Made by a program: the position numbers and the translations under genes. The notes under the pieces were generated by a model. The model worked only from the letters and a program-made list of their open reading frames with translations. It was not told where the DNA came from and made no database searches. Shown one piece after another: positions 35,621-45,593 of a stretch of DNA of 64,000 nt. The stretch is from Candidatus Omnitrophota bacterium. Its GTDB lineage: Bacteria; Ratteibacteria; UBA8468; B48-G9; JAFGKM01. The stretch spans positions 130,715 to 194,714 of the forward strand of contig JAMWDI010000005.1 in assembly GCA_023819375.1 (NCBI GenBank), in the 5' to 3' direction. Positions within the stretch are counted from its first letter, which is position 1; every line of letters begins with the position of its first letter.

Positions 35621-36317
35621 ATTTTTTAGAAAGAAAAAAAATATAAGAATAATACTCTGGATAGTAACAATTCTAATTATTCCAGGATTTTTCTTCTGGG
35701 GTGTAGGAATTGGGGGAAAGAGTTCTTCCCATTATGTTGCGATTGTAAATAGAGAACCAATTACAATAAGAGAATTTTATGATAATCTATGGGAAGTAGA
35801 AGAAAAGTATAGAGAAATTTTTGGTGATAAATATAGGGAAATGATGGAAGCATTCAATATTGAAAAAAATGTTCTTGAAAATATGATAAGGGAAAAATTA
35901 TTATTGCAGGAAGCAAAAAAAAGAAGAATTAAGGTTTTCAAAAATGAAATAATAGAAGTTGTAAAATCGGATCCTTTATTTAAAAATGAAAAAGGAGAAT
36001 TTGACGAAAAAAAATATAGGGAAATCATAGCAAATTATCCTGATGAAGAATTAAAAAAGATTGAAGATAGAATAAGAAAACAAATATTATTTCAAAAACT
36101 AAAAGAGCAAATCTTATCAGAAACAAATATAGATGTAAGCAATACAGAGATTGAAGAATATTTAAAACATACAGGCAATAAAGATATTGATAAGGAAAAC
36201 ATAAGAAAATGGCTTTTGTGGCAAAAGAGGGAAAAATATTTTGAAGATTGGTACAAAAATTTAAAAAATAAAGCAAAAATTGTTATCCTTATCCCACTTG
36301 AAAAGAAAGGATCTTAA
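35610..36317 (+). CDS. SurA-N/PpiD-like periplasmic chaperone-like protein (membrane-anchored)
   Basis: N-terminal TM segment followed by a Lys/Glu-rich helical domain resembling the SurA N-terminal chaperone region. No PPIase domain. Confidence 0.35.
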   Translation: MALKFFRKKKNIRIILWIVTILIIPGFFFWGVGIGGKSSSHYVAIVNREPITIREFYDNLWEVEEKYREIFGDKYREMMEAFNIEKNVLENMIREKLLLQEAKKRRIKVFKNEIIEVVKSDPLFKNEKGEFDEKKYREIIANYPDEELKKIEDRIRKQILFQKLKEQILSETNIDVSNTEIEEYLKHTGNKDIDKENIRKWLLWQKREKYFEDWYKNLKNKAKIVILIPLEKKGS

Positions 36318-37511
36318 ATGGCAGAAATTTTCCCTTTTAAAGGTTATATTTACAATTTAAAAAAGATTAAGGATATAAGTAATGTAATCGCTCCTCCTTG
36401 GGATTTAATAGATAATGAATTGGAAAAAAAGTTGCTTTCACTTTCGCAATGGAATATAGTTAAACTTATTGGAAAAGAAAATAATCCAGAAGAAGTTAAA
36501 GAATTTTTTGAAAATTTGATTGAAAATGAAATATTGATTCAAGATGAAAAAGAAAATCTTTATTTCCTAAAAACAAAATTTAGATATAAAGGGAAAAATT
36601 ATGAAAGAATTGGATTACTTTGTATTTTAAAAATTGAAGATTTTGAAGATGGAAATATAATTCCTCACGAAAAAATTTTTCAGAAATATACAGACAACAG
36701 ATATAAATTGATTGAAAAATGTAAAGCAAATTTCTGTCCAATATTTATGCTTTATCAAGATAAGAACTTTGAAATTGAAAAAATAATTGAGAAATATAAA
36801 GTTTATTCAGAAGGAAGAATAAATGAGGAAAATTTACAATTTGGTAAAATTGAAAATGAAGAAGTTATTGAAAAAATAAAAGAGTTTTTCAAGGAAAAGA
36901 AAATTTTTATTGCAGATGGACACCACAGATATAATGCTTCCCTTTTATTTTACAAAAACAATCCAAAAGAAAACAATAGATATGTTCTTACCTATATCAC
37001 AAATATTGAATCAGAAGGGGTTTTAATTTTTCCAACTCATAGATATATACCTGTTGATGTTGAAATAAACTTTTATGAAAAAGATATAGAAATTATTGAA
37101 AAGAAAAATTTCAGGGATATGATAAAAGATCTTGAAATAAAAAATGAAGAAAGGAAAATAGGTATGTTTTTCAATGACAAATTCTTTATACTCGATTTAA
37201 ATGACTATATTAAAAAGATTAAAGCGGATACCATATATAAAGAACTTGACACATTTATACTTGACAATTATATAATCAAAAACTTTATTAAAATAAAAGA
37301 AGAAACTGAATTTTTTTATCATACATCGGAGGACTATCTTTTCAGAGAATATAAAAAAAGAAACAAGGGAGTGATTTTCTTCCTTAATCCAGTTGAAAAA
37401 GATTTGTTTATCAAAATATGCTTAAATAGAAAAATTATGCCTCCTAAATCAACGTATTTCTATCCAAAAGTACCCTCTGGTTTTGTTATCTATAAATTCC
37501 CACAAAATTGA
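36318..37511 (+). CDS. DUF1015 family protein
   Basis: N-terminus MAEIFPFKGYIYN....DISNVIAPPWDLI matches the conserved DUF1015 start (..PF.G.RY.......V.APPYDVI). Confidence 0.55.
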   Translation: MAEIFPFKGYIYNLKKIKDISNVIAPPWDLIDNELEKKLLSLSQWNIVKLIGKENNPEEVKEFFENLIENEILIQDEKENLYFLKTKFRYKGKNYERIGLLCILKIEDFEDGNIIPHEKIFQKYTDNRYKLIEKCKANFCPIFMLYQDKNFEIEKIIEKYKVYSEGRINEENLQFGKIENEEVIEKIKEFFKEKKIFIADGHHRYNASLLFYKNNPKENNRYVLTYITNIESEGVLIFPTHRYIPVDVEINFYEKDIEIIEKKNFRDMIKDLEIKNEERKIGMFFNDKFFILDLNDYIKKIKADTIYKELDTFILDNYIIKNFIKIKEETEFFYHTSEDYLFREYKKRNKGVIFFLNPVEKDLFIKICLNRKIMPPKSTYFYPKVPSGFVIYKFPQN

Positions 37512-38502
37512 GAAACTCAACAATCTTATAGGCATTTTTTTCTTTTATCCAGGACATACCACAGGAAGGTGTAAATAAAAATTGCTTTTTTATTTTTTCA
37601 AAGTCATAACCTTTATCTTTAAAATTTGTATAAATTATATTCAACTTATCCTTTATTTGTTCTAAATTAATATATTCAATTTCATCTGTAGAAGGGATTA
37701 TTCCCCACGCAATAATTTTTCCACTATTTAAAAATTTTTCTATATCTTCCCAATAGATAAAAAACTTATCCAAGTAATTGAAAGCATCAAAACTTAAAAT
37801 ATCTATATCCAAATCTAAAAATATACTCCAATCAGTATTACCACAACAATGGATTCCCAGTAAAATGTTTTTATCTCTATCCCTCAAAAATTTTATCAGT
37901 TCCATAAGTATATTTTTTACTCTATTTTTATCAATAGGGAAAAAAGCAGAACCAAAACTTGCCATAACAGGTTCATCATAAAAAATCACAGGGATTTTTC
38001 CCCTTTCTTCTATTTGTTTGGCAATCCATAATCCCTTCATTCCGAGAATTTTTATAAAAATATCTTCCAGCATTTCATTAAAAATTAAAGGTTTCCCTTC
38101 TTCATCTTTAACTGCAGAAAGAAATGTGACAGGACCAGCAAGTTGACCTTTTAAGAACATACCTTCAATTTTCGTATTAAGTAATTCATACATTCCAATT
38201 CCATATTCTCTACTTATTTTAAAATACTCTACATCATTTTCTGTAATTTTCTGATATACATTTAAAATTTCCTCTTCAGAATATGAAAAATTAATCTTCC
38301 TCTCTTTTAATTCAATTCCAGGCATCTTTTCTATTACCTGAATATTCATTTCTTCTTTAAAATTTAATCTTGGAAGTTGAGGCAAAAATGGGATATCTTT
38401 AAAATTGTTTTTTATAAATTCAATACTCTCTTTTAAATCAATAAAAGGTAAACTTCCAATTCCTGTAATTTTATTTTTTAAATTTTTCAAAATTTCAATC
38501 AT
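37486..38502 (-). CDS. cobalamin-independent methionine synthase-like / UroD-like TIM-barrel methyltransferase family protein
   Basis: GPVTFL, IFYDEP and GIHCCGN motifs resemble the Zn-binding MetE C-terminal / MtaA-like fold. Assignment to a subfamily is uncertain. Confidence 0.4.
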   Translation of the reverse strand: MIEILKNLKNKITGIGSLPFIDLKESIEFIKNNFKDIPFLPQLPRLNFKEEMNIQVIEKMPGIELKERKINFSYSEEEILNVYQKITENDVEYFKISREYGIGMYELLNTKIEGMFLKGQLAGPVTFLSAVKDEEGKPLIFNEMLEDIFIKILGMKGLWIAKQIEERGKIPVIFYDEPVMASFGSAFFPIDKNRVKNILMELIKFLRDRDKNILLGIHCCGNTDWSIFLDLDIDILSFDAFNYLDKFFIYWEDIEKFLNSGKIIAWGIIPSTDEIEYINLEQIKDKLNIIYTNFKDKGYDFEKIKKQFLFTPSCGMSWIKEKNAYKIVEFLNFVGIYR

Positions 38503-38507
38503 TTTTA

Positions 38508-39221
38508 TTATTTACCTGATTTTACTGGATATTTTCCACAGGTAAATTTTTCACCTTCAGGGCAGTAACCAAGATATTCACATTTTGCTCCACTCTTTTC
38601 AAAAACAGAAGGTAATTTTTCTTTACATATTTGAAGCATTTTATAAGCAAGTTCTCTAATTTCCCATTGAGCACGCGTGCAACATCTAACCTTAAAAAAA
38701 TTGAGGAGTTCTCTACAATTCATAGTAACTATAATTTTAGTTTCTGTTGCGTTTGGTAAGATATATCTTGCATCTTGATTTGCTATTTCTCCCTCAATTC
38801 CCAGTTCTTTAAATCTTCTAATCAGTTTTTTATATGCTTCCCTAATCTCTTCTAAAATATTTTGATATATTCCCATTAAAATTTTGTCATTTTTAATAGT
38901 AGGCGGAATAATATATTTAAAATTTTCCATATTTACATATCTTTGACTTTGCTGTGAATATGAAGCAATCCTATGTCTTACAAGTTGATGTGTTAAAGCC
39001 CTTGATACACCTGAAATTGCAAAGGTGAATTTTACATGTTCAAGAACACTTTCATGTCCAGAGTTTACAATTTCAATTATAAATTTTTCTAATTTTTCTT
39101 TTTTAATTTTTTTTGACTCTGTAAAAATATCAAAAGCATCTTTTCCTGAATAACATTGTCTTGCAGAAGCATAAATTATTTCTTCTGGATTTGAACTCAT
39201 TTCTAATAATTTTACTTCCAT
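38508..39221 (-). CDS. thyX: flavin-dependent thymidylate synthase ThyX
   Basis: ThyX signature RHRIASYSQQSQRY (RHRx7-8S motif). Confidence 0.85.
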   Translation of the reverse strand: MEVKLLEMSSNPEEIIYASARQCYSGKDAFDIFTESKKIKKEKLEKFIIEIVNSGHESVLEHVKFTFAISGVSRALTHQLVRHRIASYSQQSQRYVNMENFKYIIPPTIKNDKILMGIYQNILEEIREAYKKLIRRFKELGIEGEIANQDARYILPNATETKIIVTMNCRELLNFFKVRCCTRAQWEIRELAYKMLQICKEKLPSVFEKSGAKCEYLGYCPEGEKFTCGKYPVKSGK

Positions 39222-39324
39222 ATTTTTCTCCTTTTTAAATTACTTGACAAAAAATTTTTTATATTATATCATCCAATTAAATAGTAACACAAATTTTAAA
39301 AAAATAACACTAAAGGAGGAATAG

Positions 39325-40026
39325 ATGAATATAAATTCAAATAAATTTTTATTATTCTTTTCTTTTCTTCTCTTCTCAAATCTCCTTTTTGCAGGAAGAC
39401 CACTAACCACAGAGGATGCAGAAACAGTTGAAAAAGGGAAATTTGAACTTGAAATTGGTTACGATCTTATTAAGAACAATGATGATACAAAAAATAAAGA
39501 ATTGGGCGTGTCTTTAAAATTTGGACTAACTGATAGGATGGATTTTGGAATTTCTGTTCCTTTTATAATTGAAGAAAATAGTATAAATTTGAATAAATGG
39601 GAAAAACCAGAAATTGGTATTAAATTTTCAATTTTAAAGGAAGATACACTAAATATATCTTTCCAATTCTCGGGAACTCCAAATCCTGAAGAAGGAAATA
39701 TAAAATATACAATAAAATCAATCTTATCAAAAAATTTTGGGAAAACAATTTTACATTTTAATTTAGGATTATATTCTCTAAAAAATTCTAATGAAAGTGA
39801 GTATTATCTGACTTATTCATCTGCTTTTGAATATCCCCTTAGTGAAAAATTAAATTTATGTGGTGAAATAGTCGGAGAAAAAAATGAAGAAAATCCATTG
39901 ACAATGTTAATTGGTTTCAATTATGCTTTTTCTAAAAATCTTAAATTTGATTTTGGAATTGGATCTGGAATTAACAAATCGGCACCTGACTGGAAAATTA
40001 CAACAGGTTTAACTTTTAACTGGTAA
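39325..40026 (+). CDS. outer-membrane beta-barrel protein (porin-like), secreted
   Basis: Signal peptide with FAG cleavage-like site. Alternating amphipathic beta-strand pattern. C-terminal aromatic (..LTFNW). Confidence 0.45.
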   Translation: MNINSNKFLLFFSFLLFSNLLFAGRPLTTEDAETVEKGKFELEIGYDLIKNNDDTKNKELGVSLKFGLTDRMDFGISVPFIIEENSINLNKWEKPEIGIKFSILKEDTLNISFQFSGTPNPEEGNIKYTIKSILSKNFGKTILHFNLGLYSLKNSNESEYYLTYSSAFEYPLSEKLNLCGEIVGEKNEENPLTMLIGFNYAFSKNLKFDFGIGSGINKSAPDWKITTGLTFNW

Positions 40027-40040
40027 AAAAGGGGGGAAAG

Positions 40041-40802
40041 ATGTTTAAAAAATTATTTTTATTGTTTTTATCAATTATTTTAAGTTCATATGGACATTTT
40101 GGTATGATTATACCTTCCTCTGATATTGTTGAGGATAAAGAAAAATCTAAAATTACCTTAAAAATTCTCTTTGCCCATCCTTTTGAAGGAAAAACTATGC
40201 CTATGGAGAAGCCAGAAGATTTTGGCGTTCTATTTAAAGGAGAAAAAATATCATTAATAAAAGATTTAAAAGAAGCAAATTTCAAATTTTATAGTGACGA
40301 AAAGGGAAATAAAGGATGGATTTTGAGTTATACAATTAAAAGGCCTGGTGATTACATATTTTATTGTATTCCAAAACCATATTTTGAAGAAGCAGAAGAT
40401 AAATATATTATTCATTATACAAAAGTAATTGTTAATGGTTTTGGCATGGAAGAAAGTTGGGACAGAGAAATAGGACTGAAAGTTGAAATAATACCACTTG
40501 TAAGACCTTACGGACTTTATTCAGGGAATACCTTTTATGGAATAGTTAAGTTTAATGGAAAAGAGGTTCCTTTTTGTAATGTAGAAGTTGAATATTATAA
40601 TGAAAAGGGAAATTTAAAAGCACCCTACTCTCCCTTTATTACACAAGTTATTAAAACAGACAAAAATGGAATTTTCTATTATTCATTTCCTAAAAGTGGA
40701 TGGTATGGATTTTCAGCAATTTGCTCTGATGAGAAAAAAATAAATAATAAGGAAGTAGAAGTTGCAGGAGTTTTATGGATAAAAGTTTATGACATGAAAT
40801 AA
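40041..40802 (+). CDS. DUF4198-type periplasmic metal-uptake protein (Ni/Co ECF-transporter associated)
   Basis: Signal peptide + beta-rich domain. Located directly upstream of cbiM, the arrangement described for the DUF4198 family. Confidence 0.45.
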   Translation: MFKKLFLLFLSIILSSYGHFGMIIPSSDIVEDKEKSKITLKILFAHPFEGKTMPMEKPEDFGVLFKGEKISLIKDLKEANFKFYSDEKGNKGWILSYTIKRPGDYIFYCIPKPYFEEAEDKYIIHYTKVIVNGFGMEESWDREIGLKVEIIPLVRPYGLYSGNTFYGIVKFNGKEVPFCNVEVEYYNEKGNLKAPYSPFITQVIKTDKNGIFYYSFPKSGWYGFSAICSDEKKINNKEVEVAGVLWIKVYDMK

Positions 40803-40804
40803 AA

Positions 40805-41392
40805 ATGCATATATCAGAAGGAGTTTTATCAGCATCTGTTCTTTTATCTGGAGCAATTGTAAGTGCAGGTGGGACATTTGTAGGATTAAAGAATTTGAAA
40901 TATGATGATTATCCCAAAATTGCTCTACTAACAAGTTCTTTCTTTGTGGCTTCTTTGATACATATACCTGTTGGACCTGCTTCAGTTCATCTTGTTTTAA
41001 ATGGACTTATAGGAATTTTATGTGGATGGAGATCATTTCCACTAATTCTGATCGCCCTTTTTCTTCAAGGAGTTTTTTTTCAATTCGGAGGATTAACTAC
41101 ACTTGGAGTAAATACTGCAAATATGGCAATTCCAGCAGTTTTATCCTATTATCTTTTTAAACCCTTATTAAATAAAAATCCATTTCTTACAGGATTTTTA
41201 GCAGGTTTTTTTTCAATAATTTTTTCGTGTTTACTTGTTGCCCTCTCACTTTTTTTAACAGAATATCACTTTTTAAATATTGGTAAATTATTTTTCTTCA
41301 GTCATATTCCTGTTGCCTTAATTGAAGGTATTATTACAGGATTTGTTATAAAATTTCTAAAAAAAATAAAATCTGATATAATTGGGGGGTAA
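40805..41392 (+). CDS. cbiM: ECF transporter substrate-specific component CbiM (Co/Ni)
   Basis: N-terminus MHISEGVLS (conserved MHIPDG-type metal-binding N-terminus). Multi-TM, 195 aa. Confidence 0.75.
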   Translation: MHISEGVLSASVLLSGAIVSAGGTFVGLKNLKYDDYPKIALLTSSFFVASLIHIPVGPASVHLVLNGLIGILCGWRSFPLILIALFLQGVFFQFGGLTTLGVNTANMAIPAVLSYYLFKPLLNKNPFLTGFLAGFFSIIFSCLLVALSLFLTEYHFLNIGKLFFFSHIPVALIEGIITGFVIKFLKKIKSDIIGG

Positions 41393-41394
41393 TA

Positions 41395-41919
41395 ATGAAA
41401 AGAATAATTTTTTTATTTCTTTTATTCTCATTAATTTCATTTGCTCATAAAATCAATATTTTCACTTATAAAGAAGGAGAAAAAATTTATGTTGAAAGTT
41501 ATTTTCCAGATGGGAAACCTGTTAAAAAAGGGAAAATTGAGGTTTATAATGAAAATGGAGAAAAAATAATTGAAGGGCAAACAGATGAAAACGGGGTCTT
41601 TTCTTTCAATATACCTGAAAATAAAAAAATAAAAATAATTCTTACAGGAGATGCAGGACATAAAACAGAAACATTTATGGAACTTGTAAAAGAAATTAAA
41701 AAAGAAGGGAGTAATTTCAAAAAAGAAACTTTTAAAAGTGTGGAATTGGACAAAGAAGAAATCAAAAAAATTTTAGAAGAGGTTCTTGAAAAAAAAATGA
41801 ATGAATTTTTGAAAGAATATAGAAAAGAAAGAGAAAAGGAAAAATTTAAAGATATTGTTGGTGGAATAGGTTATATACTTGGTATTTTCGGTATTTATCT
41901 TTATTTTCGCAAAAAATGA
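41395..41919 (+). CDS. CbiN-position accessory protein: signal/TM + beta-sandwich (carboxypeptidase-regulatory-like) domain + C-terminal TM
   Basis: Occupies the slot of cbiN between cbiM and cbiQ. Topology is TM - extracytoplasmic domain - TM, like CbiN/NikL, but the protein is longer (174 aa) with a PEGA/CarbopepD_reg-like segment. Confidence 0.4.
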   Translation: MKRIIFLFLLFSLISFAHKINIFTYKEGEKIYVESYFPDGKPVKKGKIEVYNENGEKIIEGQTDENGVFSFNIPENKKIKIILTGDAGHKTETFMELVKEIKKEGSNFKKETFKSVELDKEEIKKILEEVLEKKMNEFLKEYRKEREKEKFKDIVGGIGYILGIFGIYLYFRKK

Positions 41920-42641
41920 AAGGAAAAATAGAAAAGGTTGACCCAAGATTAAGATTGATTATTTGTTTTGTCTATTCTATCATAGTTGCAATTGAGAAAA
42001 ATTTAGATTTTATTAAATATTTTTCAATTTTACCCTTTTTTCTTTTATTTTTTATTGAAAATTTCAAAAATTTTTTAAAAAATTTTTTTATAATAAACTT
42101 CTTTATTCTCTTTTTCTGGGTTTTTTTGCCATTTAACATTCCAGGAAAACCCTTATATAAAATCTTTATCTTTTCAGGAACAGTTGAAGGAGTAAAATAT
42201 GCTCTTTTAATTACCTTTAAAACAAACTTAATTTTTATAACAAACTTTGTTTTAATTTTTTCTTCTCATCCCTTCAAAATTATTCACGCACTGCATCATC
42301 TACATTTGCCTGAAAAACTTATAAATATTTTATTTTTAACTGCCAGATATATTCCTGTAATTGAAAATGAGTTAAATAAAATTTTTAAGAGTTTGAAAGC
42401 AAGAAGTTTTAAATTTAGAACTAACTTACATACTTATAAGACGATTGGGAATCTTGTTGGCATTTTAATTTTAAGAAGTTATTTAAAAAGTGATAGAATA
42501 TATAAAGCAATGCTTTTAAGATCTTTTTCTGGAACTTTTTGGATTTATAATCATTTTGAATGGAAAAAAAAGGATACTCTCTTTTCTATAATGGCAACAA
42601 TTTATTTCCTATGGATATTAATATTGAAAATAATGGACTGA
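41916..42641 (+). CDS. cbiQ: ECF transporter transmembrane (T) component CbiQ
   Basis: 241 aa multi-TM. Conserved Arg-containing loop (ARS..R) typical of CbiQ/EcfT. Operon position. Confidence 0.65.
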   Translation: MKGKIEKVDPRLRLIICFVYSIIVAIEKNLDFIKYFSILPFFLLFFIENFKNFLKNFFIINFFILFFWVFLPFNIPGKPLYKIFIFSGTVEGVKYALLITFKTNLIFITNFVLIFSSHPFKIIHALHHLHLPEKLINILFLTARYIPVIENELNKIFKSLKARSFKFRTNLHTYKTIGNLVGILILRSYLKSDRIYKAMLLRSFSGTFWIYNHFEWKKKDTLFSIMATIYFLWILILKIMD

Positions 42642-43294
42642 TTGAATTAATAGATATACATTTAGAATACCCTGAGACAGGAAAAATTCTTGATGGAATT
42701 AATCTTTCAATTTATAAAGGAGATAGAATTGGAATTGGAGGAGCAAATGGGTCCGGAAAAACAACTCTTCTTTATACGATAGTTGGTCTTGTTAGAGTAC
42801 AAAAGGGAGAAATAATAATATATGGTAAAAGAATGGAAAATGAAAAGGATTTTCAGGATGTGAGAAAAAAGATAGGTTTTTTATTTCAGGACCCAGATGA
42901 TCAATTATTTTTGCCAACTGTTGAAGAAGATATTGCCTTTGGCCCATTGAACTTAAGATTACCTAAAAATATAGTAAAGGAAAGGGTAGAAAAAACTATT
43001 AAATTACTTGGTATTGAAAAATTGAGAAATAGATTTTCAAGTAATCTTTCTTATGGAGAAAAAAGAATTGTTTCTCTTGCCACAATTATATCTATGGAAC
43101 CTGAAATTTATTTACTTGATGAACCAACAAATGGACTTGACGAAAGAACAACTGAAAGAATTGAAAAATTCTTAACGGAAAATAATCTTACATATCTGAT
43201 TGTAAGTCACGATATAAACTTCTTAAAAAAAACATGCAAAAAAATATATATTTTAAAGGATGGCAAAATTGTCCCAAATAATATGCTAAAATAA
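42560..43294 (+). CDS. cbiO: ECF transporter ATPase CbiO
   Basis: Walker A GANGSGKTT, signature LSYGEKRIVSLA, Walker B IYLLDEPT. The likely true start is the internal ATG ~42611 (MDINIENNG). Confidence 0.75.
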   Translation: MEKKGYSLFYNGNNLFPMDINIENNGLIELIDIHLEYPETGKILDGINLSIYKGDRIGIGGANGSGKTTLLYTIVGLVRVQKGEIIIYGKRMENEKDFQDVRKKIGFLFQDPDDQLFLPTVEEDIAFGPLNLRLPKNIVKERVEKTIKLLGIEKLRNRFSSNLSYGEKRIVSLATIISMEPEIYLLDEPTNGLDERTTERIEKFLTENNLTYLIVSHDINFLKKTCKKIYILKDGKIVPNNMLK

Positions 43295-43296
43295 AT

Positions 43297-44655
43297 TTGA
43301 TGAAAAAAATTTTAGTTGTTTTTGTAACGATCTTCTTTTTTCTCTTCCCTTTATTTCTTTTATTTTTTTTACTTGACCTTCCTGCAAGAAAAATTATTAA
43401 AGAGGAGATGAAAAAAATAAAGGAAAATAGAGAATCGTTAAATCTTTCAGAAATTATTTCTGAAAAGAAAGGTTTAAATTTAGATGAAGTTATTGAAAAT
43501 TTTAAAAAAGAAGTAGAAAAAATAGAAAAACAAGATAAGTTGGAAATTTTATCTCAACTTTTCACATCCGAAGGTTATGATATAAAAGTTTACAGAGAAA
43601 TAAAAAAACGAAAAATTATTGAAGACACGAATGACATTATTAATTCCTGTGAATATATAATTGAAAACTTTTCTTTATCACCTGATGAAAAAACTATCTG
43701 GCAATATACGTCCCTTTTTTCTATTCTATTTAAAATATCAAAAATCTTAAGAGCAAGATGTGTTATTAAGGCGATTGAGAATGAAAAAAATAAAGTTTTT
43801 AATGATATTTTTCTGTTAAATAAAATTGTCAAATTTTCAGATCAACCTATTAATTTTTCTACATTGAATTTAAGTTGTTTAATCTACTTAAACACAGCAA
43901 AATGTATAAATGATATTTTAAATATTTTAACTCTTGATAAAAAATCTATTGACATTATTGAAAGAAATCTACCTGAATTTAATGGAGAAATTTATAAAAT
44001 GACAATTTTTAGGGAAAGAGCAATTTATAATGAATATTTTACAGATTTGATGAAAGGAAAAAAGGGATTTATATCAGATTATTCTTTCTTGTACTCTGTG
44101 GATTTCAATTTTGAAGATCCAACCAAAAAGTTTATGAAATTTCCATTTGATATTTATTTAAAACCAATAATAAGACACAATAAAGCAAAATTTTTTTATT
44201 ACTTGAGAAAATTACTTGAAATTGAAAATTTACCTTTAAAGGAGAGAAAAATTCAACTGAAAAAAATAGAAGAAGAAATAAAAAATTTACCAAAATATGA
44301 TTTTTTAGTTTTTTTTCTGATACCTTTAACATCTACTTATACCTACAACAATTTTTTAACTACAAAAGTTTATGAAAATTTAATGTTTACAAGTATCTCA
44401 ATAGAAAAGTATAGAAAAGAAAAAGGATTCTTACCAGAAAAAATTGAAAAAATAAAAATTCCAGATAATAGGATGATTGACCCTTACAGTGATAAAATGT
44501 TAAATTATAAGAAAGAAAAAGGAGGATATAAAATCTGGAGTGTTGGTGAAAACGGTATAGATGAAGGTGGTGTATATTTAAGTTGTAGTGAGAAAAGAAA
44601 AATGAGATATAGATTGGATGAAAAAGATGATATTGTTTGGATTATAAAAAAATGA
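43297..44655 (+). CDS. hypothetical membrane-anchored protein
   Basis: 452-aa ORF with N-terminal TM helix. No recognisable family. Immediately precedes the ABC ATPase gene, with overlapping stop/start. Confidence 0.35.
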   Translation: MMKKILVVFVTIFFFLFPLFLLFFLLDLPARKIIKEEMKKIKENRESLNLSEIISEKKGLNLDEVIENFKKEVEKIEKQDKLEILSQLFTSEGYDIKVYREIKKRKIIEDTNDIINSCEYIIENFSLSPDEKTIWQYTSLFSILFKISKILRARCVIKAIENEKNKVFNDIFLLNKIVKFSDQPINFSTLNLSCLIYLNTAKCINDILNILTLDKKSIDIIERNLPEFNGEIYKMTIFRERAIYNEYFTDLMKGKKGFISDYSFLYSVDFNFEDPTKKFMKFPFDIYLKPIIRHNKAKFFYYLRKLLEIENLPLKERKIQLKKIEEEIKNLPKYDFLVFFLIPLTSTYTYNNFLTTKVYENLMFTSISIEKYRKEKGFLPEKIEKIKIPDNRMIDPYSDKMLNYKKEKGGYKIWSVGENGIDEGGVYLSCSEKRKMRYRLDEKDDIVWIIKK

Positions 44656-45593
44656 AAGAAGAAATTGTAATTGAAGTTGAAAACCTTAGAGTTGATTTTG
44701 AAAATGTTGTTGCATGTAAGAATGTAAATTTTAAAGTATATAAAGGTGAAATATTCGGGCTTGTAGGTCCAAATGGAGCAGGAAAAACAACAACATTGAA
44801 AGTCCTTTCTACATTGCTTAAATATACTTGGGGAAAAATAAAAATATTTGGTTATGATATTGAAAAGGATTTTAAAGAGATAAGAAAAATCGTCGGTTTT
44901 ATGCCAGATTTTCCACCTGTCTATAATGAGTTAAAAGTATGGGAATTCCTTTATCTTTATGCATCATCATATAGAATTGAAAAAGAAAAAAGAATGAGTA
45001 GAATAGAAGCACTTTTAAATACTTTTAATCTTTTTGAAAAGAGAAATTCATTTATTGGTGAGTTATCAAGAGGAATGAAACAAAGATTAATTCTGGCAAA
45101 AACATTAATACATGATCCAGAAATTCTATTACTTGATGAGCCAGCAAGTGGTCTTGACCCTACTGGGAGAAAAGAACTTGGAGAGATGTTAAAAAAAATT
45201 GGAAAAAGCGGGAAGACAGTAATCATTTCTTCTCATATTTTAACGGAACTGGCAGATTTCTGTACAAGTGTTGGGATTATGGAAAAAGGAGAAATTTTAT
45301 TATATGGGAAAATAGATGAAATATCAGGTATTCCAAAAGATAAAACTTTGATCAGATTAAGGATAAAAGAGAATATTGATTTAAAGGAAATTTTAGGGGA
45401 TTATCAGAAAATTGAAAAAATTGAGAAAATTGAGGGAAATTGCTGGAAAATTTTAATAAAGGGAGATGAAAACTCTATTCCAGAATTGATTAAATTTGTA
45501 ACAGATAAAGGTATATCAATTGTTGAAATAAAAAAAGAAAAAGAGGATATCCAGACAATCTATTTTAAATCAGGGGCAAAATATGTTACTTGA
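44637..45593 (+). CDS. ABC transporter ATP-binding protein (ABC-2/exporter type) with C-terminal extension
   Basis: Walker A GPNGAGKTT, signature LSRGMKQRL, Walker B LLLDEPASGLD. Confidence 0.75.
   Translation: MDYKKMKEEIVIEVENLRVDFENVVACKNVNFKVYKGEIFGLVGPNGAGKTTTLKVLSTLLKYTWGKIKIFGYDIEKDFKEIRKIVGFMPDFPPVYNELKVWEFLYLYASSYRIEKEKRMSRIEALLNTFNLFEKRNSFIGELSRGMKQRLILAKTLIHDPEILLLDEPASGLDPTGRKELGEMLKKIGKSGKTVIISSHILTELADFCTSVGIMEKGEILLYGKIDEISGIPKDKTLIRLRIKENIDLKEILGDYQKIEKIEKIEGNCWKILIKGDENSIPELIKFVTDKGISIVEIKKEKEDIQTIYFKSGAKYVT

Noticed and set aside
42560-42610. Long N-terminal extension of CbiO overlapping cbiQ by 80 bp
   Set aside because: The extension is hydrophobic and non-homologous. An internal start near 42611 gives a canonical ABC ATPase N-terminus with a short overlap.
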